Positions 62,607 through 64,000 of a stretch of DNA of 64,000 nt are shown here, one piece after another. The DNA comes from Octopus bimaculoides (taxonomy: Eukaryota). The translations under genes and the position numbers were made by a program. Location of the stretch: NCBI RefSeq assembly GCF_001194135.2, contig NC_068982.1, forward strand, positions 35,538,744 to 35,602,743, written 5' to 3'. The notes under the pieces are model-generated. The model was given only the letters and a program-made list of their open reading frames with translations. It was not told the DNA's origin and made no database searches. Positions within the stretch are counted from its first letter, which is position 1; each line of letters opens with the position of its first letter.

Positions 62607-64000
62607 ATATTGTATATTATGCAAGTTCAAAGGAAGACAACTCTGATTACAATACACACACATTGCATTGTGCCTTCAAGCAAGACAACTTTTTTGATGA
62701 CCTCGGTCTGCCACTCCTCTTCATAGTTCAGTTGTCAAGAAGGTCATTCAACATTCAAATGTTTAACTTCAACAATTTGAACATGTAAAAATAAAAAGGA
62801 GAAATGATATCACAGTTATGCAAGCGTGGGAAAAAGAATTTATAATTGTAATAAAAATGTACAGACAAATTTATTCAAAAAGTTACATGGTACATCGAGG
62901 TATTAATAAATACACAAACAATATAAATTATTGAAATTCATTTCAAAAGAGGAATGACATGCATTACATAAACTTTATAATTTAATTCATGAAACCACAT
63001 TTTGTCGATCTTGATCCAAGTACTACTGCCTTTCCTTAAAAATGATACATTTCATATGTTTTTGTGATTGCTTGCATTAATTAGTTCTGCAAGTTTCTAC
63101 TTGACCAAATCTAAGTGCACAGACGTGATGGTTTTACTTGTAAGTTTACTTTTTTTTTTGTGTTAAACTTATTTTACCAATTTCAACACTTCATAAACAC
63201 TATGCAATTCATAGCTTTGTGAATTTCTTGGTGAAAAATTGCTGCGAAGAAATATTTGTTTCAACAACATATTTGCTTCAAACAACATTTATTCAGTGTA
63301 TATTACCAAGAGGTAGGTGATACCATGGAAACCTGGAGATATTCAACTGGCTATACAAGTTTAACACCATCACCTGATACGCATCCCTTCTGTTGTAGGA
63401 TGTGTTTGAGTCAGGGCTCATCTCTGAAAATAACTTTCTCTTATTCAGCCTTGGAAGCCTTGACAAAACTCAAAAACCATATGTACTGCTATTCTTCTAG
63501 TTCATGTTACAGTTAGAGGGAGAGAGGGCTGCACAAGTTCTCAATTGGTACTCATCAGATTGGAGCAACAATGCTTTGCTCAAAGACACAATGCACTAGT
63601 CTTGAAATTAAACCCACAATTTTACAATCATGAACCCAACATCCTAACCTGTAAGGTACATACTTGCTAAGTACCACTACCAATATCCCTCATTATCTAA
63701 GTATCATTGCTGATATCCACAATTAACCTTCATTACTGATATCTACTGTTAATTAAGTTTCATTATAGGTATTGCTGACACACATTAGATTCTACACAAT
63801 ATTAATGAGAGCGTTTTTATGGCTATTATTTTCTCAGATATTACTGAGGATTTTCCCCTTACATTGTTAGGTGGGACTGTGCTTGTTCAAGTCATTGTTA
63901 GGTTGTTTTTTTTTTACTGCTGAATGCCTTTCCTGTTAAGAACTACTCAACTGTTTAGTGGTAAAGCCTATTGTGGCAGAGGTGATGGCAGAACAGTTCT

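Overview
AT-rich, microsatellite- and retroposon-dense metazoan genomic DNA from a gapped short-read assembly (ten N-gaps). The repeat families and composition suggest an octopod cephalopod (inference). The only host gene I can support is a plus-strand NELL1/2-like gene, represented by three in-frame exons of its N-terminal TSPN/laminin-G domain (4350-4472, 36771-36921, 46209-46479) separated by introns of about 32.3 kb and 9.3 kb. Its first exon and the exons after the TSPN domain were not found. The introns contain: a near full-length, decayed Tx1/L1-group LINE (minus strand, about 4945-10480) whose 3' end abuts a tRNA-like gene bracketed by direct repeats; a 3' fragment of an R4/Dong-like restriction-like-endonuclease LINE sitting in a (TAA)n tract; three RTE-clade remnants, one a bipartite 5'UTR+3'end derivative; three internally deleted Tc1/mariner-superfamily elements; piggyBac- and hAT-type MITEs; a Helentron-type HINE; dozens of tRNA-derived SINEs of at least four families; and four mutually unrelated long palindromes. 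Almost all ORFs in the supplied track are microsatellite, SINE or gap artefacts. I found no clearly new protein system. The best leads are the tRNA-like/direct-repeat module at the LINE junction, the fold-back elements, and a promoter-like motif cluster inside an intron.
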